Source: Anthoceros angustus (taxonomy: Eukaryota; Plantae; Anthocerotophyta). From it: a DNA stretch of 64,000 nt. The notes under the pieces are model-generated. The model did not search any database and was not told where the DNA came from. It was given only the letters and a program-made list of their open reading frames with translations. The stretch lies in the NCBI GenBank assembly GCA_010909165.1, contig MU008161.1, positions 2,170,001-2,234,000 on the forward strand, in the 5' to 3' direction. Of this stretch, positions 1-13,393 are shown piece by piece. How positions within the stretch are numbered: the stretch's first letter is position 1; each line of letters starts with the position of its first letter. The translations under genes and the position numbers were made by a program.

Positions 1-1037
1 TTTGAGGTAGGTGCACTTCCACTTTGCTAACTATGCAAAATCTTCCTAGAAGGAGATCGAAATTGAACTCCGAAGACTTATAAATCGAACTCCAAAGACA
101 TAGTCGGTGAAAGTGAAAGCAGATGTGAAAAACAGAGGTGATTACAAGCTAGATACCCCCTTGTGCTAAAATTGAAGACATTAGTATTGAATGTGCTTTG
201 GTTGTGAGGTGGATGCCCGGGCGTTTATAGAGTTGACTACGACAAAAAGACATGATATTATGTTGATATTGATATAATTAGCATGTATTTTTTCAATTAA
301 TTCTGAAAAATTTAATGGATCTCATCGATTGCATAAACTTTACATGGCTGTAACAAAAACATTATCTAATATACATGGAGATGTGAAAAATATAGCTATA
401 ATAAAAATGTTTTTTAATGAATGAGCAAGGTTTTTAAATTAATTACCGAATAGAAAATAACGTATGCCATAACCTACTTAGGCATTTTGGATCTAAGTGA
501 TGAAGATAATGGCCTCTCACAATGTCTTTGCAATTATTTGAAGAATGGTTTAGTGGAAAATTAGTAGATAAAAATCTATAAAAATAATTTAATAAAATTA
601 TTACATAAAACATGTACATAAGCTGGAAAAGAAGACTTTATAGAGATAAAAGAGATGAAAACCCATCCACCCGTAAAAAGGGAAAACCCAACAAAGGGCA
701 CCATGCTGGGGGACTACCCACCCACATAAACAGCTCTCCTAATGTGCAATTGGTTTATAATTCATACCAAATCAATATATGTATATATATATATATCATT
801 AATTTATATTATTTATATACAAATTAATATTTTTATAGATAATATAATATTACATATGAAAATTCTTTGTCCGAGGTATATATGTTGTAGACTTTGTTAG
901 TGTCCACGTTAAAAATTTGAAGCTTGAGGAAGTGCATCATATGTTTCTGAATTAGTACGTATTTGAGGGGAAAATTAGACGTAAAAGCTATAAAATCAAA
1001 TCATCTAAATATTTAAGAAATGATAATCTGCACAGAA

Positions 1038-1118
1038 GTTGACATGGCCGAGTTGGTCTAAGGCGCCAGATTAAGGTTCTGGTCCGAAAGGGCATGGGTT
1101 CGAATCCCATTGTCAACA
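1038..1118 (+). tRNA. tRNA-Leu(AAG)
   Basis: Acceptor stem GTTGACA/TGTCAAC, D-arm TGGCCGAGTTGGTCTAAGGC, anticodon arm CCAGA-TTAAGGT-TCTGG (AAG), long variable arm, T-loop GGTTCGAATCC; TTTT shortly downstream. Confidence 0.95.
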
Positions 1119-1166
1119 GATACTTACGCATTTTCTCTCGATCTTTTCCTCACTTTTTTGCGTTTC

Positions 1167-1649
1167 TCAAAAAGACAAACCGCAACCGTGCTCTCGTGCA
1201 AAACTTTCCAGATTCCGGCAAAGCAATTTATAAGGCCACCTCTCCCTCTCACTCAACTGAATACTGCGCATCATGGAATGCTTTTTCTGTGCTAGTCGAA
1301 GGGCAACTCTGAAATTTGATAAGGTACCTAGTGCCTTTGCTGATTTAGGCCAAGAGTAAGCTAGCGGACTGTAGTTGTGGGTTTTTTGCATCTCGTTCCT
1401 TTTTATGAACTTCATCGCACTTCTTTCCTGCAACCCACTGCGAGTCACTTTCAGCACAAAGGGATTCGTGTGTCCATGAAGAGGCTCATGCCCCAGCGTT
1501 GTGAATTTGTTGTCAGGCTTTCCCTCAAATATAATTCTTGCCTTGCATCCTTGACAAGTCTCTGGGCTCTCTGATAAGCAAGTCTTGAGGTTCTGCTGCT
1601 GTAGCCTCGACCACGAGGGGACTTGATCACGACATACCTTAGCCACCAA
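1167..1649 (-). other. ORF with weak resemblance to a FAR1/Mutator WRKY-like DNA-binding domain
   Basis: CQGCKARIIF...KFTTLGHEPLHGH resembles the GCKA(R/M)I...H.H motif; no other support. Confidence 0.2.
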
Positions 1650-1992
1650 ACAATGTCATGAGTTTCACAAAACCTCTGCATATAATTTTACCACCCTCTC
1701 CGCATCACATGGGTCTTCCAGAGCCACATGGTGCCGGTGGGTTCACTTCACATCTTCCGGACATCTGTGCAGCAGTGAGGTTAACAGACAGGTTCAAAGA
1801 GGTGGTACGTGGTGCAGGGGCCGAAATTCGGTCCAAATCTCATATCCTGAAATGGGACACAAGTAGGAAAGAGTAAGGTGGCAGTTGATGTCGGGGCCAC
1901 ACTCATGTGGCCCCGACAAAACCTGGCATTCTATTACAGCGTGGAGCACAAAAATGCTTAATAGTAGTTCACAAACAGATCGGAGCCTCTCA

Positions 1993-4424
1993 TCAGGGCA
2001 GATTGTACAGACTCTTGGTGAGACCGCAGCCCAGGATGCTGCTAGGGAGGGCAGGGATCTGATCCACTCCTTCAGCAAACACAACTCCCATGCCCATGTA
2101 GAAGTGGGATTCCACATGGCAATGAAAGGGCCACACTCCAGGATTGTTAGCCACAAACCGGATGGCAAGCCAGCCCCAAGGAAACGACGACGCCGTGTTC
2201 CTGGTGAGCGGGTTCTGCAAGTTGTAGTTGAGCTCATCCCTGGCCGGATCATACCGCCCCTTCCCATACCCTAGAATCCAGAAATCATGCCCATGCAAAT
2301 GCCAGGGGTGGATGTCGGAGCTGTTGGGGAACTGCACGTTGGTGTTCTGGACCACCACATCCACCACATCCCCCATCCGGAACGTGTAAATCCCGTTCCC
2401 ATACTCCGCATTCTGATAGGGCGGGGGGCTGAAGACATCATACTCTGCCAGGCCAGGATACACTTCCGGAGGAGGACTGGCGTCGAAGGCGTTCTTGATC
2501 TTATACTTGAGGGCAGGCAGAATCGGGGTCTTGGGGTAGGCGAAGGAGACGTTGTTGATGGCCCACTTGAACTTCCCCCCGATAAAGTACTGCGAGGTGA
2601 GCAGCACCAGCTTCCTGTCCGCCTGCTTGGGGACAGGCCTCACGTACCCCGCCCTGGCCACTTGCTTCTGGGCCTGCTCCAGGCTGTACTCGTAGTCATC
2701 CCAGCGGGGGCTTGGTGGAGGCAGCGTCGTCGGAGGAGTTGCATCCTTGGGCAGGTACTGCAGCACCGCCAGGCCCGTCGGGGTGTTGGGTGGCCTGCCC
2801 CGGATGTTCACTCCCGCCCAGTAATTCCTGCTCGGATCCTGGCTCGCCGTGAAGAGCACGGAATAGGTCTGGCCGGAGTACACGTCCAGATTGCTCAGCT
2901 CCACCGGCTCAACATACGCTCCATCGGCCTCCACCAGCGTCAGATTGTGCCCCTGCAACAAGACGAAAGTAGTTCCCGGAATTGAGCTCTTGCAGATTAT
3001 GTCGACCCCGGCGTCTTAGCATAGATTTGGAGAAAGGAAGGGAAATGCATACCTCCAACACGAAATTGAGCGCCTGGAGAGACGAGGCGCTGCCGATGCG
3101 GAGGCGGTAGGTGCCTCCGGGCTTGACGGGGCCGATCACCAGGGGCGAGCACTGCGGGTTGGTGGAGTTGCAGGCGAGCGCGTCCCCCGACCCGGCCACG
3201 GCGCCCGATGGGACCAGAGAGCAGTTGTAGCGTCCCCGTCCTCCGATCAAGAGCGACTGGGCATCTCCCACCCAGCGGAACGGAACGGAATCCAGCCCCA
3301 GCTCCTGGTCATAACTGGTGCGGTGGAACCAGTCGCTGAGAACGATGTCGAAATCGCCATCGTACTTGAACGGCTCCTCCACACCTTCCGGTGGGAGCAC
3401 CACTATCGAGCCGTAGAGCCCCGCCGATCGCTGCAGCCCGAAGTGTCCGTGGTACAAGAATGTTCCTTCCTGCGCACAACAACATCACACCCCAAGGGAT
3501 TCTAGGTCATTCAATCTGCCATTCTGTTTCACGCCGTACGCGCGATCATTCAACCTGTGATAGGCTTATTCCTATCCGTCACGCGTTCAGTTCAATTCGA
3601 CAATAGCGCATCAAACTTCTTGCACGCATTCAATCAATGTGTGACAAAAACATCAAACTTCTTCCACACATTTCATCAAAATCAATCTGTGACAAGCACG
3701 GCAAACATCCTAAACGCATTCCGTCAATCGGTGGCAAGCACATCAAACGTGTCACACCATCCCTTCGTTCAATCCAATTCAGACCAATTTGTGGCAAACA
3801 AATCAGGCTTGTTGCAAGCATTCAGTCAATCAACCGATCTGTGGCAAAGCGCATCAAACTTGTTACCCGCACTCAACAAATTTGCAACAAACATATCAAA
3901 CTCCGTTACTCGACGTACCTGAGGCACCACGAATTTGTAGGTGAAGGTCTCTCCCGGATTGATAGGACATTGTGAGACATACACGGCTCCATCGGACCAA
4001 GGAGTTCCTCTCTGCATTCGCACGAATCCAGGTCGGGTTAGCTCACTACCGAACGCACTGAGCCTCTTGAGATTTTTCACAGAGGAAGGCAACGAATCCG
4101 AGAAAATGCGAGCTGTGCAAAACGCAGGAGGAGGCGAGATTGCGAGGTCGGCACCTGCTGGATTCCATGCCAGTGGATGGCCAGGCCTTCGGTGACCAAG
4201 GCGTTCTCAAGCTCCACCACCACGGTGTCACCGGCGCGCGCACGGATGGTAGGGCCTGGAAACTGCCCGTTGATGCCGATCACCACGGCCTCGACACAAT
4301 CGGGGGACCAGTACAGGTACTCCGCCTTCCACTTGTAGAGATGCGTGCGCGAGGCCTGAGCCAGCACCGGCAGCAGCAGCAGCGGCAGCAGGCGCAGCAG
4401 AAGGTGCGGTGCCGGGCGCGCCAT
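1993..4424 (-). CDS. AAO: L-ascorbate oxidase (multicopper oxidase), 4 exons: 4424-4155, 4011-3919, 3469-3053, 2952-1993 (~579 aa)
   Basis: Signal peptide; all four Cu-ligand motifs [28 protein letters not shown]; WSPDC and GTPWSDG motifs; GT-AG junctions keep frame. Confidence 0.93.
3590..3900. repeat. degenerate tandem repeat (~36-42 bp) inside ascorbate oxidase intron 2
   Basis: Recurrent caatcaatctgtg(a/g)caa...catcaaactt words. Confidence 0.5.
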
Positions 4425-5547
4425 GGCGGCAGCTCGCGCTCCCGGGCCGAGCAGGCCGCACACGAATCGCGAATCGTGAAATCCGCACTTCCGATGTACC
4501 GAACTGGAAGCGACGCCTGAGCGACCAGCAGCTCACAGATTTGGTGCCGGAATCGGACTGGACCGGGCCAGATGCACAGCAGAGTCTGCACTGTCTCAGC
4601 TGATGCTTGGCAGCAGTGAGTGCGAGCGGGGACTCGTTGAAGCCGGTCGTGAAGACATCCGGTGTCCGATTCCTGGTGTGCGCTCTCCTCATCTGCTCTG
4701 CTGCCGATGCCGGTGCGATGCTCTCTTATGCTGGACGGGAAGTGCGAGCGAAGGTCGAGGCGCATTAAGGCGGTCGTTGAAGGAGCTGGTGAAATGGTGG
4801 ACCGCCGGCTACTGGAGTCGGTTTCTGGGAAGCGCGACTGCAACTCAGGCGGACGTCCCAGGGCCCCGGTCCCCAGGCCGCTCACCAGCTGGTTTCCGCA
4901 ATTCCGTTGGTTCCACAAATCCGTTACCAGCAGGTTCTGACAGCATGCAGTCGTGAATTTGTGACGTCATGCTTCTTTTCTGTTGCGCGCATTGTGCCTG
5001 TAGATATTTGAGGTGACAGCGATGTCGGCTCTGTGGAGGAGTAGAGAGAATCAGATGAAAAGAGATGGGCACCGTTTTCACGAGGAAAAAGGTCCAGGTG
5101 TCTCTGCGTCAGCAGACAAAGGCGTCCTGTGCTGAGGGTTTGGCATTCAGGGTTCCGGAGGTGGGCCTAAGATTGGGAGAGAGGAGGGCTTCAAATCCCG
5201 TGCCCATTATATGGCAGGGGCAACAATTCTGCTAGTAATGACAAAGGAAACACCAGCCCTGAACAATGCAGGCTGGTGTTTTACCAATCTAATGTACAGA
5301 GACTGGGCAAGGGGCGGGCAGTTTGCTTCATCACTGCAGGCTCTTGCATCTCAGTCTGGAATGAGATCCTCTACTGCACAACTTTCTTCAAAACCACTGA
5401 AAGAAGGGTGGGGAGGGAGGGAGTGGGAGTCTACCTTGTGCGGGTGGGGTGCCGCTAGGAATGAATCTCAGTGCGGATTGTACAGCTTTGTTGACCAATT
5501 TACAGCCTGCTTGCATACTCTACCTAATTGACAAAAGGGGGTTGGTT

Positions 5548-8500
5548 TCAAAGATTGTACCGCAGCAGGCCATCCGGCAGAGAAGCCGGAAACGGCAGCA
5601 CAGCAACATATCTCTGAGGGAGGGCCCTGACGGAGCTGTGCGATGGCAAGATGGCGGCGGCTGCTAATTGCAGGTCTCTTAATTCCCTCCCGTTCTTGCC
5701 TTCTCTGCCTCCTGTCCCTGCATCCAAGGCTTCCACACTGAATTGGGGACCGTGGTGCCTGGCAAGCCGGTTCCCTATGCCCACCTTGTCCACATCATGC
5801 ATGTCCCTGTACAGTTCCAAGGCGGACGGAGCGCTCTCCATCCTGGACCCACAACGATGCGGATCAGACCAGTGCATATCTGACATTGCTCCACACACCC
5901 CTCTCTTCATCTCCACTACCAAGTTCACACACAACACACAACCTCAAACATGTACAAGACAAGCCCCATACCTCAGCAAATCCTCCTGCATCATCTTCAT
6001 TTTCTGTCTTACTCCTTCCATAAACCGTGGTGGCAATGACAGAGTGCCAGGAGTTGCCACTGACATTGGGCTGCAACATGACACAAGCTACATTAATCCT
6101 TCATTGCCCATTGCCTTCCAAGCCCTTCAATCCACGATTATACATCTCACCTAACAGCTTGCAGCTAGTACAGGGAAAAGTTAAGAGCCCAGATGACATA
6201 CTTGTCTGAACCTTCCCGATTCCCATCCCCCACAGCCTTGTCCTGCTCACTGGCTTCCGTCACCATTTCTGTCGCATCCGGTGCATCCTTCACCTCTTCC
6301 ATCACTTCAGCATCATCCCCTACCTCTTTGATTCTGTTCCCAGTGTCCTCCATTCCTTCACCACCATTGACACCCTTGATGCTAAGCACTTTCCCAACAA
6401 GGTAACCCTGTTTCTCAGCCCCATTTAGAAGCCTGCAGGTCTCGCTCAGCACAACCTTGGACAGCACAAAGGTTGCAGCATTTCTGTCATCCTCCGTCTT
6501 GGCTTGCATCCAGATGACTGGTAGCGCCGGCATTATCTGCTGACACAACTGAGTCGATGACTTCAGTCGCTGTTTTGCCCTCGTGATAACCAGTACAGCT
6601 GGATCCACGTTGTCGAGTCCATCATCATACACAATTTCCTGAAGAGAACAGCACTTCCAATTAGTCTATACTGAGGATACCAACCACCCACCACATATAA
6701 TGAAAACACAACCAGCCGGGTTGTTTTTCACCCAACAAGTCAGCCTCCTTTCGGCTCCAACTAGTCCACTGATATTATTCAGCAGCACATACCAGAGAGC
6801 AGGGCTGTACCTTTTCTGGCACTCGGTTTGCTGCAGCTGACCACAGGGCCTCCGAACCACTGTGCGCAAGACGAAGGCACATCACCAAACTGTTCAAAAG
6901 AAAAACTGACAGAACTGACAGCTGGAAATTACATGGGGCAAGTGATAGAACCAACCTTGTGGTGGGAAGCTCAAACAAGGACTGAGAAATGACCTCCCTC
7001 CAAGGCACCAAGGGCACATGCTCTTTCTTGCGCTTCTTTGGTGGGGAAGCCACATGGGTACTGAGGGCAGACACAGAGCTCATGTCCTGCTGTTGCTGCT
7101 GGTGCAGAATTATTCTGTCACCGGCAGCACCAAAAGGCATACTACTGGACATTTGGGCTGCTCCATTCAAAGTTTGAACAACAGCAAGGGCTTTTGAATC
7201 ACCCGCCTTTTGCAGCGACTGGGCAAGCATATTGCTCCCAAACCTTGAGGGCTGCACACCTCGATTGAACCACTGACCAGCACCATTAGCCAAAGCTGCT
7301 TGGTGTGCTTGAAGCTGACTACGCACGGCAGCACTCATATTGCTGTACATAGTGGCTGCATGTTGAGCAGATGTGCTTCTATCCCCTCCAGACGATTGCG
7401 ATACCATCTGAAGGAGCCTATTCTGGTGTGCATGCACCTGAGCCTGCATTTGAGCTTGGGCATGAGTAAGGGCCTGTGTCTGAACCTGCGCATGAGATTG
7501 ATGTTGAGCCTGAGCATTTGCCTGTTGAGCCTGAGCTTGTGCCTGTTGAGCCTGAGCTTGTGCCTGTTGAGCCTGCACATGAGCTTGTTGTACGTGAGCA
7601 TGAGCCTGGGACTGATGCTGTGCATGGGACTGATGTGGAGCCTGAGCTTGAGCCTGGGCCTGGGCCTGAGCCTGAGCTTGTTGGTGGGCCTGTGCGAGGG
7701 CCTGAGCTTGCTGATGGGCCTGGGCAAGGGCCTGAGCTTGAGCCTGCTGGGCTTGGGCCTGCTGGGCTTGGGCCTGAGCTTGGGCCTGTTGGGCTTGGGC
7801 CTGAGCTTGAGCCTGCTGGGCTTGGGCCTGGGCTTGAGCCTGCTGGGCTTGGGCTTGCGCCTGTGCTTGAGCCTGGGCCTGGGCTTTGGCCTGCGCTTGG
7901 GCCTGGGCCTGAGCCTGGGCTTGGGACTGGGCAGCCTGGGCCTGGGATTGGGATTGGGCCTGAGCTTGGACCTTAGCTTGAGCCTGCTGAGCTTTGGCCT
8001 GCACTTGTGCTGCATGGGCTTGAACCTGAGCTTGTGAGTAATACAGTGAAGACTCTGTTCTCAGCTGTGAGCCCCTCAATGCAGCTGGCCCGGATTGAGA
8101 TGATGTTCGAATACCCTGATGCTCAGGCTGGGGTACCTGGAAGTGGTGCATATTGAGGTTCTGCTCTCCTGCCTCAGCAACTGGTTCCCTCTCTTGAAAA
8201 GGAGCACGAAACTGTTGGTCCATGGCAATCGAAGAAGCGGCAGACATATCATATTGAGGTTGATTACCAGCAGCTCCCTTGCCAAGAGCAGAGTACTGAT
8301 CCGACTGAACAGCTGGTGACTGCCCATGTAAAGGATGGGTCTGTGCAGAAAACATTCTTGCCTGATTTTGCATGTTATAGTGCACAGAGGGTGTCCATTC
8401 ATTGCCCGCACCACCACTCTGCTGAAAACCCTTCCCCGGCTGGGATTTGACTTGATCAGTGCTCTGGGAGGGTGATGGCACCTGGGTTAACAAGGACTGA

Positions 8501-11500
8501 TTTTGACTGAGGCCATGCCCATAAGAGAATCGAGACATATCCACAGTACCCTGAGAAATGTCTGCCTTTGATGTGGCCATCTGAAGACCATTCACATGCT
8601 TTGGCCCTGGTACTCGGAAAGCATCGCGTTGTCCATGTCCAGTGATATGATTCTCAGCAGCAGTAGCCTGTTTGGATTTCCCAGCAAGAGTCATCTGGTA
8701 AGTGTTCATCATGGTTGCAAGACTAGCAGCATAATGCGAAGAAAAAGAAGAATTCGCAGCAAGTTGCTGCTGAATCTTCTGGAACAAATTGTGCTGAGTC
8801 ATGGCTGCAAAGTTTGCAGAGGTTGCCTGTGAGTCTGGTTTGGCAGCAGACAACTGAGATCCACCGGCATCCAAACTTTGTGAGGGTGAAGCACCTGGGG
8901 GAGTGTTCTGCTTTGAGGCAGAATCACCTTGAGCAGAAGCAGTTCCTCCAAGGACATCAGCTCCACTCATTGAATCTGGCTGCTGAGAAGGTTGCATATC
9001 ACTAGCCCTACTCAGCAGAGGTTCATTTGCGGAGAGCGAACCAAGTGGCTGCGAAGAGATTGGAGGATACTGTACTTGATCTGAAGAAAAATCTTGAGGT
9101 CTCATTGATGTACTCACCCCCACACTCGAATTTTGGCCAATAATACCAGCGTGCTGGCCAAGATTGTCATTCTCAGCTGCCATGGGGTTGCTTCCATGAC
9201 TTCTCCAGTCTGGCATGTTGTAACCCCTGATGGATGGGTTTGGCTGCCCCTTCTCCCTATTCACAGGAAGGGCCTGTCTGCTGTCGCCTTGTGAATTCAA
9301 AGGACTACTGAGCTTTGATGCATTGCCCTGTTGTGAGGCTTGAGTAAGATGCGATGGCGGTGCAAGACCCAGTCCAAAGCTCTGTGGAGACTGAGGCCCT
9401 GACGTCTGTGCCTTCCTCAAGTGGGCCAAGGACACGCCAGTGTCCCCAGACTCCTCAGCTCCCTCTGGCTCTTCAGGACCATCACTGTTACCCATGCTGC
9501 TTCCACTAGAGTCATCGGGTTTAGTTAACAGATCAAGAGTGTTCCTGCAATAAAACGTGCAGAACTCAATATCAACCACCACAACTCACCTTCTATAGAT
9601 GACTTAAGACTAGATTCCAACTACTGCATAAAGTAAGATCAATAACCAACAAAACCAAAAAATTGCCCCATTTCCTGAAGCTGAGACAGTAAAGCACAGA
9701 GCATGAACAAAGTCGCAGTCGGTACGCAACATGAGCAACACAAGCTGTAAATGAGGAGGGGCAGAAAGCCATGGCTTACCTGGAGCGAGGAAGGAGCTTT
9801 TTTGAGCCCCCTACAGAAGGAAGAGATACTTCCTCAACTGCAGGGGACGCTGTAGTTGCAGGGATCTCTGAGCTCTCCAGAAACCTCTTTTCCTTTGAGA
9901 TGGGTTCACTCTGCACCTTCCCAGCCAGATTCTGCACAGAAAAATCATGCAATTGGTAAAGTTAGCCAACCACCTACCCCACCCACATCATACTTCTTAG
10001 ACTTGGTCACAACTGGAACTATCCTACATTGAAAGCCACCATAGAAACCCAAAAACATTGTCAATAACTCAATACCCGTACCTTATCCAATGCAGTGGCT
10101 GACTTCAGAGCCTGGTAGACATGCCCACCCAGGTTTGATTGACTCAAATTGTTCAGAGCATTGCCCATGCCTCGCACATTTGCAGTGCTTGGTTGCCAAC
10201 TAGAACTCCCAGCAATTTGAAAAGAGCCCTGAGCAGAAGCCGAAGGAATATTTCCTAAGACGGCTTCACAAGGGTCAGAGTTCATGTTACTCAGCCTACT
10301 CTGCGAGGTTTTTGCATTCTTCAGAGTCTGATACAAATTGTCAACTTGCTTACTGCTTTGGTGGGAGTCACTTCCCCCTGCGGGACTATGCCTAAGATCT
10401 GTTACTCCATACATAGAACCGGCAGCCTGCTGTCCAGATTGGACAGCATGACTGCCAAAGTTCTTTGCAGCATCAGAATTACCTACTGCAGCCCACAGAT
10501 TGGCACCACCCTGTTGCATGTTACCTTCAGGATCTGTAACCTGGTGCTTACCGGACTGATTGGAGAACAGTGAGCTAGAGTTTACAGCCTGCGCCCCATC
10601 TAAAAACTCCTGATTGACATTATTTCTCGCATCTGAATCTATGGCAAACTGATAGACAACTTCGTCGTGCTGCATGTTCGTGGTGTTCTGGGATTTCTCT
10701 CCAAAATGAGATTCAACGTGGCCACTATGTCCATTGTCATCCTGGAGCATCCGACCACTTTGTTGTCTGCCCTCCAAATTCTGACCACTGTGAGAAGTTT
10801 CTGGCTGTGATAATTGACCACGCTGACTCCGAAGCTGGTGCAGCTCAATGTTATTTCCAAACAGAAGACTTGGCCTAGAACTTTGCTGTCCATGTTGAAC
10901 CCAAGCATTGGACTCTCCTGAAAGGCTGGACAGCTGCCCAGCCTGGGAAGAGCTTTGTTGAAGATTATGACTGCGCAGTGTGTTGGGTTGTCTGGCTTCC
11001 GGCTCTGACAGCTGTGAAGTGGCATCTCCTCGAGAAGAAGTTGGCCAAGCAGATTCGAGCCTCCAATTATTTGTGGCACCACTATCAAGCTCACTATACC
11101 CTTGCAACTGGTGACCAGCTTGGGATCCTCCTTGCAGCAATGTATGTGCTCTCCACCCATTCTGACCTCTGGCATCAACTTCATTGATATGCTGACTCAT
11201 GCTGCTGTGCTGGGAAGAAAGGCCAGCCCGAGACATCTGATTGACATCAAACTTTGCCAAGGAATGTTGGGTACCAGGCTGAAGACTGCTCTGCTGCAAG
11301 TTATGCCCAGCGTGGACACTTCTAGTCACAGACTCAGCATCAGTAAATAGATGCAGGGCACCCCCAGATCCCTGCTGAACATTCCCCCCATGCCCTCCCC
11401 AGATGTTTTGCTCCTTTGGCTTTCCACCTATCTGCTGAGATCTTGCTGAATCACTCTGCGAATTGTGAGCAACCCAGCTGCCATGCTGCCCAGTGTCAGT

Positions 11501-13393
11501 CATGTTCAGAGCAGTACCAGCCTGAGAGGTGCCCTGCTGCAAAGAATTCCAGCCTACTTGCGGCTTTGAATCTATACTGTTAAGAAACCGTGATCCCCCT
11601 GCTTGGGATCCAGCCTGCTGCATGAGAGCTGCAGTTGAAAGGTTTTGGTTTCTTTGACTTTGCAGATCTAGAGCACCAGCTGGCTGACGAAAAGTGCCCT
11701 GCTGATGACTGCTTTGCTGAATATTGGTCGATGAGAGAACACTACTTCGCTGAGCTTCAGACAAAAAGTTGCTGACCTGTGCCGGATCTTGGTGTCCCAT
11801 CCAGCTTCTTTGAGATCGAGCCTGCCCCTGGGATTGGGCCTGGGCCTGGGCCTGGGCCTGAGTCTGGACATGAGCCTGTGAAGTTGCAGAAGATGAATTT
11901 CTGACCTGAGAGGTGTTTTGGCGGTCTGTAGCCTGTGCAAAGGGCTGCTGACTACTAGGCCCCTGTCCATAAGACAACTTACCTCCAGTAGGCTGTTGCT
12001 TACCACTCCTACTGGCATTTTGCACACTTGAGAACTCGGTGAAACCATGAAGGTCCCCAAAAGGAGCACCAGTGCCAACAGTGCGGGGAATAGGTTTCTC
12101 AACCTGCACAACATTTCCCACAGATTTACTGGACACGCCATAGAGATCCTGCAGCCCAACTGACCCACCTCCATAACCACTCACACCCTGCCCAACTGTT
12201 TCCCTTCTGGAAGCAAACGACCCATAAAGAGAGGGGTCCACCTGAGATGCTTTCATCATATCCTGCCATGAGAAGTTCTGGTTTTGACTGAGAAGAAAGT
12301 CATTGTTGAGGAGGGCTGCATCAGAAGCTGCACCCCAGTTAAGGTTCCCCAAGCTACTGTTGTTCACAGAACTAAAGCCAGTCTGCAACCTAGGATTCTC
12401 GAACCCTACTTGACTGGCAGTGCGGTCTGGATGCACCACCCTGGGGATATCTTGAACATGATTATCCGTAAGGAGAGCAGAGAATTGACTAGGTAGAGCT
12501 TGGTTCTGATTCACCAAGAACGGCTGCATCTGCTGCCTCTGTGAATGCTGCTCAACATGAGGCTGATGAGGATACTGAGCATACCCTTGCTGCTGGTGCT
12601 GCTGTTGCTGCGGTATATGATTATTCCAGGAATGCAAATCCATCTCAACTGGTTGACCTAGCTGTGATTGTTGCCCCAGCTGTGCTTGCTGCTGCCCCTT
12701 GAAAACATATTGACCACCAAGAAAATCATAATCACTTGACTTCACCTGAGGCACTTCCATCTGTGCTGCCATTGTCCCAAGATTCTGGCTCCCGTACTTC
12801 ACGTTCTGAGTCTGCTGCTGGACACGCAGAAAGTCGTGACTATCTGTGTTAGAACCAGACCTATACCCTACGGATGCTGATCCATTCAGCAGGCCCTCAT
12901 AATCGAAGGGCTGGCTTCTTGGCAGGCTTTTGATGACAGTGGGATGGGAGCTCGGCTGACCACTGTGCAGACCAGCAGAGGAAGCTTGTCCAGTATCACG
13001 AGGCTGCTTGACTGTTGGCAGGAATGCGTGCATTGACCTAGTCGATAATTCATCATCTCCCACTTCAGAGTTCTGCAAAGGATTCCTCGAATAGCTCAAC
13101 TGATTGCTCCCATTTTTCATCTGATTGTGCCCTGCAGTGTTTGCAGCCTGGGCACTGTAGTCAGACTGGTAGAACAACTGAGTCGTCGCATTGCCAGCCC
13201 ACGGATTATTTACAAATGGCCACCCACCAGAACCTCCTTGTGACTGCTGCTGAATCTGCGCCTGCTCAAAAAAATCATGGCCATCATGCACTGCCTCTTT
13301 GGCCCCATGCTGGCCTCGCTCATTGGAGTCCTTTGTTGCAACTGAGGAAAGGAAGTCCACATTTGATACGGGCCTCTGACTTTCATAATCCAT
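5548..13393 (-). CDS. Large Gln/Ser-rich plant-specific nuclear protein of the At5g07940/At5g07970/At5g07980 family ('dentin sialophosphoprotein-like'), multi-exon
   Basis: Exons approx 13393-10082, 9931-9780, 9544-6956, 6859-6811, 6638-~6200, small 3' exons to 5548. Family-like motifs [45 protein letters not shown] and C-terminal [23 protein letters not shown]. Start codon uncertain. Confidence 0.8.
7425..8040 (-). repeat. coding (CAG-GCC/GCT)n repeat encoding a ~200 aa Gln-Ala tract
   Basis: QAQAQA run in ORF 6775-9582; produces the spurious overlapping ORFs. Confidence 0.9.

Noticed and set aside
1-1000. AT-rich start with LTR-like words
   Set aside because: No paired LTR, PBS or coding motif visible in the window
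7300-8037. 245-aa Leu/Gly/Ser ORF and other overlapping ORFs
   Set aside because: Antisense or alternate-frame shadows of the QA repeat
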